Shown: piece after piece, positions 9,304-19,804 of the stretch
How the letters are laid out: the number at the start of each line of letters is the position of its first letter
How positions within the stretch are numbered: position 1 is the first letter of the stretch
Assembly: GCA_964639125.1 (NCBI GenBank)
Contig: CAZWZW010000001.1
Span: 14,483 to 78,482 of the forward strand
DNA length: 64,000 nucleotides
Direction of reading: 5' to 3'
DNA from: an uncultured Verrucomicrobiota bacterium
Lineage (GTDB): Bacteria; Verrucomicrobiota; Kiritimatiellia; Kiritimatiellales; Pontiellaceae
Translations under genes and position numbers: made by a program
Notes under the pieces: model-generated
Database searches by the model: none
What the model was told of the DNA's origin: nothing
Seen by the model: only the letters and a program-made list of their open reading frames with translations

Positions 9304-10394
9304 ATGGAACAATTAAATGAAATCGCGGCGGCATTCCAATGCCCCGGAACGTATCTGGGTGAAGAGCCGTATGGGTCGGGGCACATCAACGACACCTACA
9401 AGGTATTCTACAATGAAAATGGACGCGAGGTGCACTATATCCATCAGCGGGTGAACCACAACATTTTCCAGGATGTGCCCGGGCTGATGGAAAATATTGG
9501 CCGGGTGACTCGCCATCAGCGCAAAAAGTTCGAGGAAGCCGGTGCGGATGAAATCGATCGCCGCGTGCTCACCTTGATCCCGACCGTGGACGGGAAGGAT
9601 TTTTACCAGGACTCGGAGGGAAACTATTGGCGCACCTATGTTTTTATCGAAGATGCGATTGGAATCGATGTCATCGAAAATACGGATCAGGCCTATAAAT
9701 CGGCCAAGGCCTTTGGCGAGTTCCAGTGCCAGCTGGCGGACCTGCCCGGGCGGCTGAACGATACGATTCCCAACTTTCACCACACCCGCTCCCGCTACGA
9801 TACGTTGATGCAGGCGATCGAACAGGATGCTCATGGGCGCGTTGCAAATGCTCAGGCCGAAATTGCTTTCGCAAAGGAGCGCGAGGGAATCGTGGATGTG
9901 GTCATTGATCTGATGGCTTCGGGCGAAATTCCAGAAAGAGTGACGCATAACGACACCAAGCTCAACAACGTGTTGATGGATTGTGAAACGGATGAGGGCA
10001 TGTGCGTGATCGATCTGGATACCGTGATGCCGGGGTCCGTGCTCTACGACTTTGGCGACATGATCCGGACCACCACCAATCAGGCGGCCGAGGACGAGCG
10101 TGACCTTTCCAGAGTGGAAATGAACATTGACTATTTTGAAGCACTGGTGAAGGGCTACCTTGAAACCGCAGACGGATTTCTGACTGTCAAGGAGCGCGAG
10201 CTGCTGGCCTTTTCCGGAAAACTCATCACCTTCGAGATCGGACTACGCTTTTTGACCGACTATCTCCAGGGCGACACCTATTTCAAGACGCACCGGGAAG
10301 GACAGAATATTGACCGTTGCCGCAAACAGTTTAAGATGGTTCAATCGATGGAAGATCAGATGGATGCCATGCAAAAGATCGTAGAGGGATTTTA

Positions 10395-10395
<1 letters not shown>
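9304..10395 (+). CDS. nahK: N-acetylhexosamine 1-kinase (NahK/LnpB-like, APH fold)
   Basis: Near-exact NahK signatures: EPYGSGHINDTY, RVTHNDTKLNNVLMD, VIDLDTVMPGSVLYDFGD, FLTDYLQGDTYF. ATG 9304 preferred over 9280 because an AAGGTGGGA RBS precedes it. Confidence 0.8.
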
Positions 10396-11309
<914 letters not shown>

Positions 11310-11334
11310 GATGCAAAGGGAGGGAAGGGGATTC

Positions 11335-12456
11335 ATGAAACCGACTAAGATTGCAGAACAATTTGAGGTTTCAGGGTTGCTGGCCAGCATCCGCCCAACG
11401 GGTAGCGGGAATGTAAACGACACCTATCTTGCCGTTTTTCGCACCCACTTTTCCGAAGAGCGTGTCATTATCCAGCGTGTGAACCGCCATGTCTTCGCCA
11501 ATCCCGAATGGATCATGGAGAACATGAGCATCCTCACCAGCCACTGCCACAAGCAACTGCAGTCCGAAAGCGGAACGGCGGATCGCATCTGGCAGCTTCC
11601 GCGTATTGTGCCCTGCCGCGACGGACAGGATTTCTTCAAGGATACCAACGGCGACTTCTGGCGCGCGTTAACCCTCATTGCTTCGGCTAAATCCTATGAT
11701 GTGGCCCAGAACGAGGAGCATGCTTTCGAGATTGGAACGGTGCTTGGCCAGTTTCACCGACTGGTCTCCAGCATGAATCCGTTGAGCCTGCGCGATACCC
11801 TGCCCGGGTTCCATGAGACGCCGAGCTATCTGGAGCAATATGATGCGGTTGTTCAGACACCTGAAGCACAAGAGCTCATCAAGAGCTCCATGGAGGTTCG
11901 GAACCTGCAGCAGTTTATCGAGGAACGGCGCGGGTTTGCTTTCGCATTGCAGAATGCATTGGAATCCGGCGAGCTGAGCATACGTTTGATCCATGGCGAT
12001 CCGAAGATCAGCAACATCATGATCGATGACGATACCGGTAAGGGGACGGCCATCATCGATCTCGATACCGCCAAGCCCGGCCTCATCCACTACGACTTCG
12101 GGGATGCCTTGCGTTCGCTCTGCAACCGGGCCGGGGAGGAGACGGACGAGATCGGCAAGGTGGTGTTCGATTTGGATTTGTGCGAAGCATTTGTGCGCGG
12201 ATACATCGGCCATGCCAGAGATTTCCTCACGGCCAACGACAAGAAATACCTCTACGACTCCATCCGCCTGATCACCTTTGAACTGGGGCTGCGCTTTTTT
12301 CAGGACTATCTTGTCGGTAACCGCTATTTCAAGGTCAAGAGTCCCGAGCAGAACCTCCAGCGCGCACAGGTGCAGTTCCGCCTGTGCGAAAGCATCGAGA
12401 CCCGCCGCCGCCAGATCCAGAAGGTGCTGGAGCTGGCACTCAAAGGCGGGGATTGA
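11335..12456 (+). CDS. divergent NahK-like / APH-fold sugar anomeric kinase paralogue
   Basis: Same architecture as the 9304 gene (TGSGNVNDTY, IIDLDTAKPGLIHYDFGD, FFQDYLVGNRYF) but an altered catalytic loop, LIHGDPKISNIMID. ATG 11335 follows an AGGGAAGGGG RBS. Confidence 0.65.
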   Translation: MKPTKIAEQFEVSGLLASIRPTGSGNVNDTYLAVFRTHFSEERVIIQRVNRHVFANPEWIMENMSILTSHCHKQLQSESGTADRIWQLPRIVPCRDGQDFFKDTNGDFWRALTLIASAKSYDVAQNEEHAFEIGTVLGQFHRLVSSMNPLSLRDTLPGFHETPSYLEQYDAVVQTPEAQELIKSSMEVRNLQQFIEERRGFAFALQNALESGELSIRLIHGDPKISNIMIDDDTGKGTAIIDLDTAKPGLIHYDFGDALRSLCNRAGEETDEIGKVVFDLDLCEAFVRGYIGHARDFLTANDKKYLYDSIRLITFELGLRFFQDYLVGNRYFKVKSPEQNLQRAQVQFRLCESIETRRRQIQKVLELALKGGD

Positions 12457-12458
12457 GG

Positions 12459-12584
12459 CTAGAGCATTTTAGAAATGTCGTATCCGCTTCGTTTATGTAC
12501 TGGAGGGGCGGAGGCTTCTCCGCCCGGGCGCTCGGCGAGCGCCCCTCCACCGAGGTGGCTATGGTTTTGTTTTAAATGCTCTAG
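12459..12584. repeat. 126-bp palindromic intergenic element, copy A (MITE/REP-like)
   Basis: Terminal inverted repeats CTAGAGCATTT / AAATGCTCTAG. Two internal GC hairpins: GGCGGAG-GCTT-CTCCGCC and GGGCGCTC-GGC-GAGCGCCC. About 96% identical, in reverse orientation, to 24066-24165. Confidence 0.85.
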
Positions 12585-13477
12585 TCCCAGAGTCTGGGCG
12601 GATAGGTCCCGGCGGCGTGCATGGCCTGCAGGGCCGCAACGACGGTGGGCTTGTCTTCGGGATAGGTGACGCCGAACCATTTTCCTTCAGAGCTGAGCAC
12701 CTTGACGCGGGTTTGTCCGTTGTTGATCATGTCGTCAACAATTTCCGGGATATACCACTCGGACTTCAGTTCCTGTCCCTTCGCTTTAAGGAATGCGATG
12801 AACTTTTCTTCCAGGGTTTGGAAAAACGAGGGGCTGAAGCCCCAGAAGTTCATGGAGCAGATTTCCTCGCCGGTCATATCGGTGACGGTATTGTTCTCGT
12901 GAAACTGGATGGTGCCGTCTTCGTTGGCTTCAATGTGCGTGCGCTCGACGATGCTGGAAAGAAAGCCATCGGTGGTGCCGCAGATGCCGCGTGAGACGGA
13001 GCCATGAGGCGAAAGCGTATTGCGGATCAGGTAGCCGACCATGCAGCTTTCGCCTTCAGGCATGCTTGCGAACGCCTCGCTGATCGTTTGGTAGGCTTCC
13101 GCTCCATAAAAGTCATCGGCGTTTTGCACGGCAAAGGGTTCGTTGATCAGACCCTTGCAGGCGAGTACGGCCTGGCCGGTGCCCCATGGCTTGGTGCGAC
13201 CCGCGGGGAGGGTGAATCCGTCCGGCAGGTTTTCCAGAGACTGGAACGCATACTGCACCTCGATCATGCCTTCAAAGCGGCTTCCGACCTGTTCCTTGAA
13301 TTCGGCTTCGAAGTCGGTGCGGATGACGAATACGATCTTGCCAAAGCCAGCCTGGATGGCGTCGTGGATGGAATATTCGAGCAGGGTTTCGCCGTTGGGT
13401 CCAACGGGGTCCATTTGCTTGAGTCCGCCATAGCGGCTGCCCATTCCGGCGGCCATGATTACGAGTGTCGGTTTCAT
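12581..13477 (-). CDS. sugar-1-phosphate nucleotidylyltransferase (NTP_transferase family)
   Basis: N-terminal LVIMAAGMGSRYGG pyrophosphorylase loop, KPWGTGQAV, NADDFYG. AAGGAA RBS. The TAG stop lies inside the repeat terminus. Confidence 0.75.
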   Translation of the reverse strand: MKPTLVIMAAGMGSRYGGLKQMDPVGPNGETLLEYSIHDAIQAGFGKIVFVIRTDFEAEFKEQVGSRFEGMIEVQYAFQSLENLPDGFTLPAGRTKPWGTGQAVLACKGLINEPFAVQNADDFYGAEAYQTISEAFASMPEGESCMVGYLIRNTLSPHGSVSRGICGTTDGFLSSIVERTHIEANEDGTIQFHENNTVTDMTGEEICSMNFWGFSPSFFQTLEEKFIAFLKAKGQELKSEWYIPEIVDDMINNGQTRVKVLSSEGKWFGVTYPEDKPTVVAALQAMHAAGTYPPRLWD

Positions 13478-13524
13478 CTTAATGGTTCCTTTGAGGTGAA
13501 GGTTGATATTGGATCTCGTCCCCG

Positions 13525-15288
13525 CTATTCCGTGGACCGATTTTTATTGTAGAAGAAGCGGAGCACACCGCCTATCACAAGAAAGACGCCGCCGGCATAG
13601 ATAAACAACAGGCGACCGTCAACGTTGTTCGGGATGAGCGCGCCCAGTGTGATGGCCCCGCCGTATACAAAACACATTAGGCTCATGTTTCGGTACTGGG
13701 CGGTATCCTGATTGATGTTGTCTTCGGAGACGTGGTCGATGGGGGTGTTCATATCCTTGTAGAAGGAGTCGACACTTTCACGGTATTCCCTGGTGGCGCA
13801 CTTGTCGTAGAAAAGGGCGGTGATGAAATACCAGATCGTTCCGGCGAGGAGGGTAATGAGTCCGCTAACGATGAAGATCATGTCTTTTGCCTCCAACGCA
13901 TTGAGCGGCATCTGCATGCCGAGCCTTGCCGCCAGCGTTTCAATGTCGAGGAATCGCTGTGTCAACCAGGCGGTGGACATGGAGACCAGCACGGTACTCC
14001 AGCAACTCCAGCCGGGGGTGCGCTTATAGAGAATGCCCAGTACCATCGGGATGATGAGCGGGAACTGGAGCAAGACGTTGAACTTGAGCAGCATCGAGAA
14101 GAGGTCGGCTTCGCGGAACATGGAAATAAGGATGGCCGTTCCCATTACGATACCCCCGAATACGATTGAAAAAACGCGGCCCAGACGGAGCAGGGTCTTT
14201 TCGGAGGCGTTGGGGTTCAAAATATCGCTGTAAAAGTTTTTCACGAAAAATCCGGCGTTTTTATTGAGCGCGGTATCCATGCTCGAAAGCGTTGCAGCAA
14301 AAATGGAGCAGACCATCAGTCCCATCATGCCCTGCGGCAGTACTTTGTTGGCGATGGCAACATAGGCTCCTTCGCTGGCGCTTTTGAGGTTCGGAAACAT
14401 GGAGGGCAAATCAAGGTCCATCATGCCGGCGGCCATGATCGGCGTAAAGGCGATGAGCGGGACGATGGCGGTACCGATGATCATCATCATGCAGGCTTTT
14501 TTAGCGTGCTCGCCATCCTTCACGGTGAGGAACTTGGCTCCGTTGGTGTTCAAGTCCAGTGCGCGAAGTACATTGACGGTGGTGAACATCATCATGAGCG
14601 AAATCCATACTGCGGGACGCTCGAAAATGTTGAAGTTGATGTAGTGCTCCGGAAGTTGGCTGAAGAAGCCGGAAAAACCACCCACCTCCGGAAGCAGCAG
14701 GCTGCGGATAAAGATGGTCGCGGAAACAACGATGATGATCAGCATCTGAATGAAGTCGCTGGCGGAAACGGCATAGGATCCGCCGCTACTGGCCAGTACG
14801 GTGACGGCGATCGCCAGCACGATAATGGTTGGTGTGATGGGAAAGCCGACTGCGGCGCTGACGAACAATGAAATGACATAAAGCATGATGCCGCCCTGGA
14901 AAAGGCCGATCGGCAGGGCCGTCCAGACCCAGAACTGTTCCGTTGGCTTTCCAAAGCGACGGCGGATGGCATCGCAGACGGTGACTGCGCGCATTTGGCG
15001 GTAGCGCGCCGCGAGGAAGAAGTAGATCAATAGGTAGGGAATGAGGCCGAAGAGATAGACGATGACCAGCAGGAAGCCGGTTTCGAACACCTTGGCGCCG
15101 GCGGCGGTAAAAGAGTAGGCCGTCAGACCAACCGCCAGCGATGACATCCCGTTGATCCACCACAGGATGTTTCCGCCCCCGCGGAAAAAGTCGGAGGCAT
15201 TTTTATTGATTCGGCTCCAAAGAAATCCGATGCCCATCATGAAGGTCAGATAAACGCCGATTACTGTATAGTCCCATCCTGTCAGCAT
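13525..15288 (-). CDS. sodium:solute symporter (SSF) family transporter
   Basis: Multi-TM protein with an SSF-like N-terminus, DYTVIGVYLTFMMGIGFLWSR...DFFRGGGN. Start moved to ATG 15288, which has an AGGAG RBS 7 nt upstream. The ORF-track start 15366 has none. Confidence 0.85.
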   Translation of the reverse strand: MLTGWDYTVIGVYLTFMMGIGFLWSRINKNASDFFRGGGNILWWINGMSSLAVGLTAYSFTAAGAKVFETGFLLVIVYLFGLIPYLLIYFFLAARYRQMRAVTVCDAIRRRFGKPTEQFWVWTALPIGLFQGGIMLYVISLFVSAAVGFPITPTIIVLAIAVTVLASSGGSYAVSASDFIQMLIIIVVSATIFIRSLLLPEVGGFSGFFSQLPEHYINFNIFERPAVWISLMMMFTTVNVLRALDLNTNGAKFLTVKDGEHAKKACMMMIIGTAIVPLIAFTPIMAAGMMDLDLPSMFPNLKSASEGAYVAIANKVLPQGMMGLMVCSIFAATLSSMDTALNKNAGFFVKNFYSDILNPNASEKTLLRLGRVFSIVFGGIVMGTAILISMFREADLFSMLLKFNVLLQFPLIIPMVLGILYKRTPGWSCWSTVLVSMSTAWLTQRFLDIETLAARLGMQMPLNALEAKDMIFIVSGLITLLAGTIWYFITALFYDKCATREYRESVDSFYKDMNTPIDHVSEDNINQDTAQYRNMSLMCFVYGGAITLGALIPNNVDGRLLFIYAGGVFLVIGGVLRFFYNKNRSTE

Positions 15289-15310
15289 AACACCACTCCT
15301 TGTCCAAATT

Positions 15311-15389
15311 GATGTCGCAAATTGTATTCTGAAGCACGCCGCCGCACAAATCAAGTTGTACGCCAATTAGATGATTGATTTGCGACATC
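15311..15389. promoter_or_regulatory. pair of perfect 12-bp inverted repeats upstream of the symporter gene
   Basis: GATGTCGCAAAT (15311-15322) and ATTTGCGACATC (15378-15389), 55 bp apart. The proximal arm ends about 10 nt from the symporter RBS. Confidence 0.3.
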
Positions 15390-15518
15390 GGAAGGGCTTT
15401 CACGGGGAGGTGCAAAAACTTAATCTACGTTGAATTTAGCTGAAAACAGGGCTCTTCCCCGGGAACTGGGGGCGTTGGCCTCAAATTCCGGAATACGACC
15501 CCAAGGATAAACAGGACA

Positions 15519-17000
15519 TTAGCGCAGTTCGGCCTGAACACCCAGTTCGCCGAATACGAAGGGCACCTTGATGAAGGCAATCTTCTTGCCGATCTGTCTG
15601 GCTTCGGCTTCGTTGGCGGCTTTGATGGCTTCTTCCTTAAGGGCGGCATCGCCATGGCTGGCTTCGATGGCGGCGGCAATGGTCTTGACCCGGGTGGCCT
15701 TGATGATCTCCGCCATTTCAAAGAGGCCGAGTAGCAGCTGCGCGCCGTAACCGCGGCCGATCACGTCATAGCCCGGACGACCAAAGCCGTGGTCGGAGGC
15801 CGGTGCATGGTCTGGACGGAAGACGCCCTGCCAGCCGAGGTCGACCAATGTATGCACGACCTTGGCCAATTCTTCGCGGTGCTCGGCATGGTGCCCTTCA
15901 CGGAAATTCTTGCCGTCGGTCTCGACCGGTCGCAGGTGGATATGGGGAAAGATTTCCTCCGTCGACATCCCTTTCATGCGGCCATATTCGGCAATCTCAC
16001 GGATCACGGTGGTGATGTCGCGGTTGCTTTCGTTGGCCATTAACGAGCCGATGCACATGTTCACCCCGCAGCCGTGGTCGAGTAGGAATTTGTAACCCTC
16101 CGCTCCGCCGACCGCGCGTGGCGTTCCCAGAAAGGGCGAAAACGCGGGGTCGTCGGCATGGCAGCAGAGGCGCACTCCGGAAGCGGTGGCAACCGGTACG
16201 ACGGCGTTCAGGAAGTAGGCGATATGTTCCTGCAATACATTCACCGACATGCCTTCGTATTTGGACACCGCGGCGCGGAAATCATCGAGTGTGAAACCCT
16301 CTTGCGCGCCGGGCAGGCCGGCGGTGATCATATCGGTCAGCGCTTGCTGGCGCTCCGGGTCGTCCGCAAGATACTTGTTCCAATACAATCGAGCCTCTTC
16401 CACTTCTTCGGCGGAGAATGAGCCGTCGGCGATATAGTCCTGTTCGCTGTCGTGGCGTTTAAGCAGGAAGATGTCGAAGGCGGCAAAAGCGGAGTGGATA
16501 TACTTCAAGGTTGAAGATCCGTCGGGCAGGGTTGCCGTGCTGGTGCGGGTCCAGTCGGCGACCAGCATAAAGTTTCCGACCACGTTGTTGACGCCAAACC
16601 GACCGAGGTTTTTCAGGCTCTGTTTGTAGGTTTCAATATGGTGCTTGCGGTTTGGGCTGCCGTTTTTGATGTCTTCGGTAAACACCAGGCTTTCAGCCGT
16701 GTCCCAGACCAGTCCGGTGCGCTCGCCATGAACTTTATACCATTTGAACAGCGGCATGCCTTCCTCGTCTGGCGGGGCATCGGGGTGGGGCAGGAACTCC
16801 ACCTCGATCTTGCGTTTGGCAATCTCGGCCTCCGTCCAGATTTCGCCGGCGGGAATATGATGCAGGGCCGTAATAATGTTTGTGACGCCCGGCGTTTGTT
16901 GAATGTTGCGTATGGATACCTGATCTTCGGGGCCAAACCAGCGCATGCCGGCACGCACACGTTCCCGATTCCAGTTTTGGTTAAATATTTCGCTCATCAT
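15519..17000 (-). CDS. uxuA: mannonate dehydratase (long form)
   Basis: MRWFGPEDQVSIRNIQQTPGV..ITALHHIPAGEIW, ADWTRTS, LPDGS, GLPGAQEGFTLDDF, HADDP, FRPDHAP all parallel E. coli UxuA. Start taken at the MMSEIF pair (17000/16997). Confidence 0.9.
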   Translation of the reverse strand: MMSEIFNQNWNRERVRAGMRWFGPEDQVSIRNIQQTPGVTNIITALHHIPAGEIWTEAEIAKRKIEVEFLPHPDAPPDEEGMPLFKWYKVHGERTGLVWDTAESLVFTEDIKNGSPNRKHHIETYKQSLKNLGRFGVNNVVGNFMLVADWTRTSTATLPDGSSTLKYIHSAFAAFDIFLLKRHDSEQDYIADGSFSAEEVEEARLYWNKYLADDPERQQALTDMITAGLPGAQEGFTLDDFRAAVSKYEGMSVNVLQEHIAYFLNAVVPVATASGVRLCCHADDPAFSPFLGTPRAVGGAEGYKFLLDHGCGVNMCIGSLMANESNRDITTVIREIAEYGRMKGMSTEEIFPHIHLRPVETDGKNFREGHHAEHREELAKVVHTLVDLGWQGVFRPDHAPASDHGFGRPGYDVIGRGYGAQLLLGLFEMAEIIKATRVKTIAAAIEASHGDAALKEEAIKAANEAEARQIGKKIAFIKVPFVFGELGVQAELR

Positions 17001-17090
17001 ATCCTCTGTTGTTAAACAGCGGCGCAATATGGGTGGTCCGAGGATAAAAATCAATGTTTTTGCTTGCTAAAAATGCAATATAATCGTTTT

Positions 17091-17104
17091 CTCAAACCAT
17101 TGAG
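17091..17104. promoter_or_regulatory. palindrome CTCAA-ACCA-TTGAG in the uxuA/kdgK divergent promoter (operator candidate)
   Basis: Related to the two CTCAAA-NN-TTTGAG sites at 25141 and 25218. Lies about 90 bp from both divergent start codons. Confidence 0.4.
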
Positions 17105-17198
17105 GGTTGAAGTTGGCGGGGTTGTGCTGAAATAAAACAACGGCGGCGCGAATGGAAGATCAGCCGCCGGCCCGAAATAAGCCGTTTATGGAGGAAAT

Positions 17199-18272
17199 AT
17201 GACTGAAACAGCATCAAAAAAGTATTCACTGCTTGTTGCAACCAGCATGGGGGTTCGGCTGACACCGGTGGATTCGCAGCCCTTCCATTGCAGCGATACC
17301 TTCAAAATGCAGGCCACCAGCGCGGAAAGCAATGTGGCTAGTGTTGCTTCGTATCTGGGCATGCCGGTCAAGGTTCTGACGGCCTTCGTTAAGGACAGCC
17401 CCGTATCACACTTCATAAAGGATAACCTCAAAAGCCGCCGCATGGACTTTGAGGGGCCTGAGTTTGAACAGGACAACCCATGGGGCTATCGCCATCAGAT
17501 CAATATGGCCGACAGCGGCTGGGGAGCCCGCGGTCCGAGGGTTCAGAACGATCGAGCCGGTGAAGTCGGTCAGGAGCTGTGTGCGGATGACTTTGATCTC
17601 GAGCGAATATTTGCGGAAGAAGGAGTTGGAATTGTTCATCTATCGGGACTGATTGCCGCGCTATCACCCAAGACCAGCCGCTTTTGTCTTGATATTGCCC
17701 GTGTTGCCAAAGAAAACGGTTCGCTGGTTTCGTTTGATCTCAACCACCGGGCCAGTTTCTGGAAGGGTCGGGAGGAAGAGCTCGCCGAAGCGTTCGCCGA
17801 GATTGCCTCCCGCGCCGATATCCTGATTGGTAACGAGGAAGACTTTCAGCTTTGTCTGGGGATTCAGGGGCCGCAGTCCGGAGGGCAGGGACTGGACGAG
17901 AAGATCGACGGCTTCAAGGAGATGATCGGCCGGGTTCAGGCCGCTTATCCCCAAGCTCGTTATTTCGCGACAACCCTTCGGGAAGTCGTTTCGGCAAACA
18001 GCCATCTGTGGGGCGCGCTGGTCACGGACGGCAAGGAGTGGGAAGTGATCAAGCCGCGCGAGATTGGTGTGCTCGACCGTATTGGCGGCGGGGACGGGTT
18101 TGTCGGCGGGATGCTTTACGGCATTCTAAAGGGGTGGGATGTCGAGCAGTGCGCCCGGTTTGGCTGGGCCAGCGGGGCGCTGGCGGCGACGATGTTGACC
18201 GATTACGCCCAGCCTGCCGATGAAGACCAGCTCTGGAGTATATGGAACGGAAACGCTAGAGTTAAACGTTGA
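17199..18272 (+). CDS. kdgK: PfkB-family sugar-acid kinase (2-dehydro-3-deoxygluconokinase-like)
   Basis: PfkB blocks SFDLNHRASFWKG and DRIGGGDGFVGG. GGAGGA RBS. Context is uxuA/uxaC/eda. Confidence 0.72.
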   Translation: MTETASKKYSLLVATSMGVRLTPVDSQPFHCSDTFKMQATSAESNVASVASYLGMPVKVLTAFVKDSPVSHFIKDNLKSRRMDFEGPEFEQDNPWGYRHQINMADSGWGARGPRVQNDRAGEVGQELCADDFDLERIFAEEGVGIVHLSGLIAALSPKTSRFCLDIARVAKENGSLVSFDLNHRASFWKGREEELAEAFAEIASRADILIGNEEDFQLCLGIQGPQSGGQGLDEKIDGFKEMIGRVQAAYPQARYFATTLREVVSANSHLWGALVTDGKEWEVIKPREIGVLDRIGGGDGFVGGMLYGILKGWDVEQCARFGWASGALAATMLTDYAQPADEDQLWSIWNGNARVKR

Positions 18273-18286
18273 TGGAGATAAATGAT

Positions 18287-19735
18287 ATGAAAGCAGATAT
18301 TGGACTGATTGGATTGGCCGTGATGGGCGAAAACCTTGTGCTCAACATGGAGAGCAAGGGCTTCACCGTGGCGGTGTTCAATCGCACCGTCGAAAAAGTC
18401 GACAAATTTATGGCCGGCCGCGGTGCCGGTAAAAACTTTATTGGGTGTCATAGCATTGAAGAGCTGTGTGCCAACCTCGAACGCCCACGCAAGGTGATGA
18501 TGCTGGTTAAGGCCGGGCAGGCCGTTGACGACTTCATCGAAAAGATCATTCCGCACCTCGAAGAGGGCGATATCATCATCGATGGCGGCAACAGCCACTA
18601 TCCCGATACCATTCGCCGAGCGGAGTATGTTGAAAGCAAAGGGTTGCTCTACATCGGCACCGGTGTTTCCGGAGGGGAAGAGGGTGCATTGCTTGGTCCC
18701 TCCATCATGCCGGGAGGATCGTCCAGCGCATGGGTGTCCGTGAAGCCGATTTTCCAGAAGATATCTGCCCAGACCGAGGCAGGGGAACCTTGCTGCGAAT
18801 GGGTCGGCGATAACGGTGCCGGCCACTTTGTGAAGATGGTGCACAACGGCATTGAATACGGCGACATGCAGATGATCTGCGAAACCTACCAGATGATGAA
18901 GCAAGGGCTCGGGCTCTCCAATGAGCAGATGCACGACGTCTTCAAGGAGTGGAACGAGAGCGAACTCGATTCCTATCTCATCGAAATCACCCGCGATATC
19001 CTCGGCTACAAAACCGAAGTGGGGGAAGCGGTCATCGATCAGATTCTCGACACCGCCGGACAGAAGGGTACCGGAAAATGGACTGCGGTTTCCGCGCTGG
19101 ATTTTGGCCAGCCGCTGACCCTCATCGGCGAAGCCGTTTTTGCCCGGTGTCTTTCCGCACTGAAAAATGAACGTGTCGAGGCCGCAAAGGTGCTTACGGG
19201 GCCGTCGGTCACCTTCGATGGCGACAAGGCCGCTCTGATCGACGATCTCAAACAGGCGCTCTATGCCTCGAAAATTGTTTCCTACGCTCAGGGGTACCAG
19301 CTCATGCGAGCCGCCGCCGAAGAATATGGATGGACGCTCAACAATGGTGAGATTGCATTGATGTGGCGGGGTGGATGCATCATCCGCTCGGTCTTCCTCG
19401 GCAAGATCAAGGAAGCATTCGACACGAAACCCGATCTCGTCAACCTGCTGCTGGATCCGTTTTTCAAGGATGCGGTTGAAAACGCGCAGGCGGCCTGGCG
19501 ACGCGTCATCATGAAGTCGGTGGAACTCGGTATCCCGATGCCGGCCATCAGTGCGGCGCTGGCTTATTTCGACGGCTACCGCGCGGCTCGCCTTCCGGCC
19601 AACCTGTTGCAGGCACAGCGCGATTATTTCGGTGCGCACACCTACGAACGCGTCGACAAACCTCGCGGCGAATTCTACCACACCAACTGGACAGGCCGCG
19701 GGGGCAATACTTCCGCGTCCACCTACATCGCGTAG
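18287..19735 (+). CDS. gnd: 6-phosphogluconate dehydrogenase, decarboxylating (NADP-type fingerprint)
   Basis: IGLIGLAVMGENL (GxAxxG), FNRT 2'-phosphate motif, GTGVSGGEEGA, GHFVKMVHNGIEYGDMQ, QAQRDYFGAHTYER. ATG 18287 follows a GGAGA RBS. Confidence 0.92.
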   Translation: MKADIGLIGLAVMGENLVLNMESKGFTVAVFNRTVEKVDKFMAGRGAGKNFIGCHSIEELCANLERPRKVMMLVKAGQAVDDFIEKIIPHLEEGDIIIDGGNSHYPDTIRRAEYVESKGLLYIGTGVSGGEEGALLGPSIMPGGSSSAWVSVKPIFQKISAQTEAGEPCCEWVGDNGAGHFVKMVHNGIEYGDMQMICETYQMMKQGLGLSNEQMHDVFKEWNESELDSYLIEITRDILGYKTEVGEAVIDQILDTAGQKGTGKWTAVSALDFGQPLTLIGEAVFARCLSALKNERVEAAKVLTGPSVTFDGDKAALIDDLKQALYASKIVSYAQGYQLMRAAAEEYGWTLNNGEIALMWRGGCIIRSVFLGKIKEAFDTKPDLVNLLLDPFFKDAVENAQAAWRRVIMKSVELGIPMPAISAALAYFDGYRAARLPANLLQAQRDYFGAHTYERVDKPRGEFYHTNWTGRGGNTSASTYIA

Positions 19736-19804
19736 ACGATGCTTCCCGCTTCGTTGCGGCTGCATGGCAACGAAGCAAGATGCTTCGTCTACATTGGAGA
19801 CCAC

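Noticed and set aside
12459-12680. Small ORFs (63-73 aa) crossing the intergenic repeat
   Set aside because: They read through hairpin-forming palindromic DNA and into the 3' end of the nucleotidylyltransferase gene. They have no RBS and their composition is driven by the GC hairpins.
18203-19804. 533-aa ORF antisense to gnd
   Set aside because: The plus-strand frame encodes an unmistakable 6-phosphogluconate dehydrogenase. The antisense product is low-complexity and spans the gene exactly.
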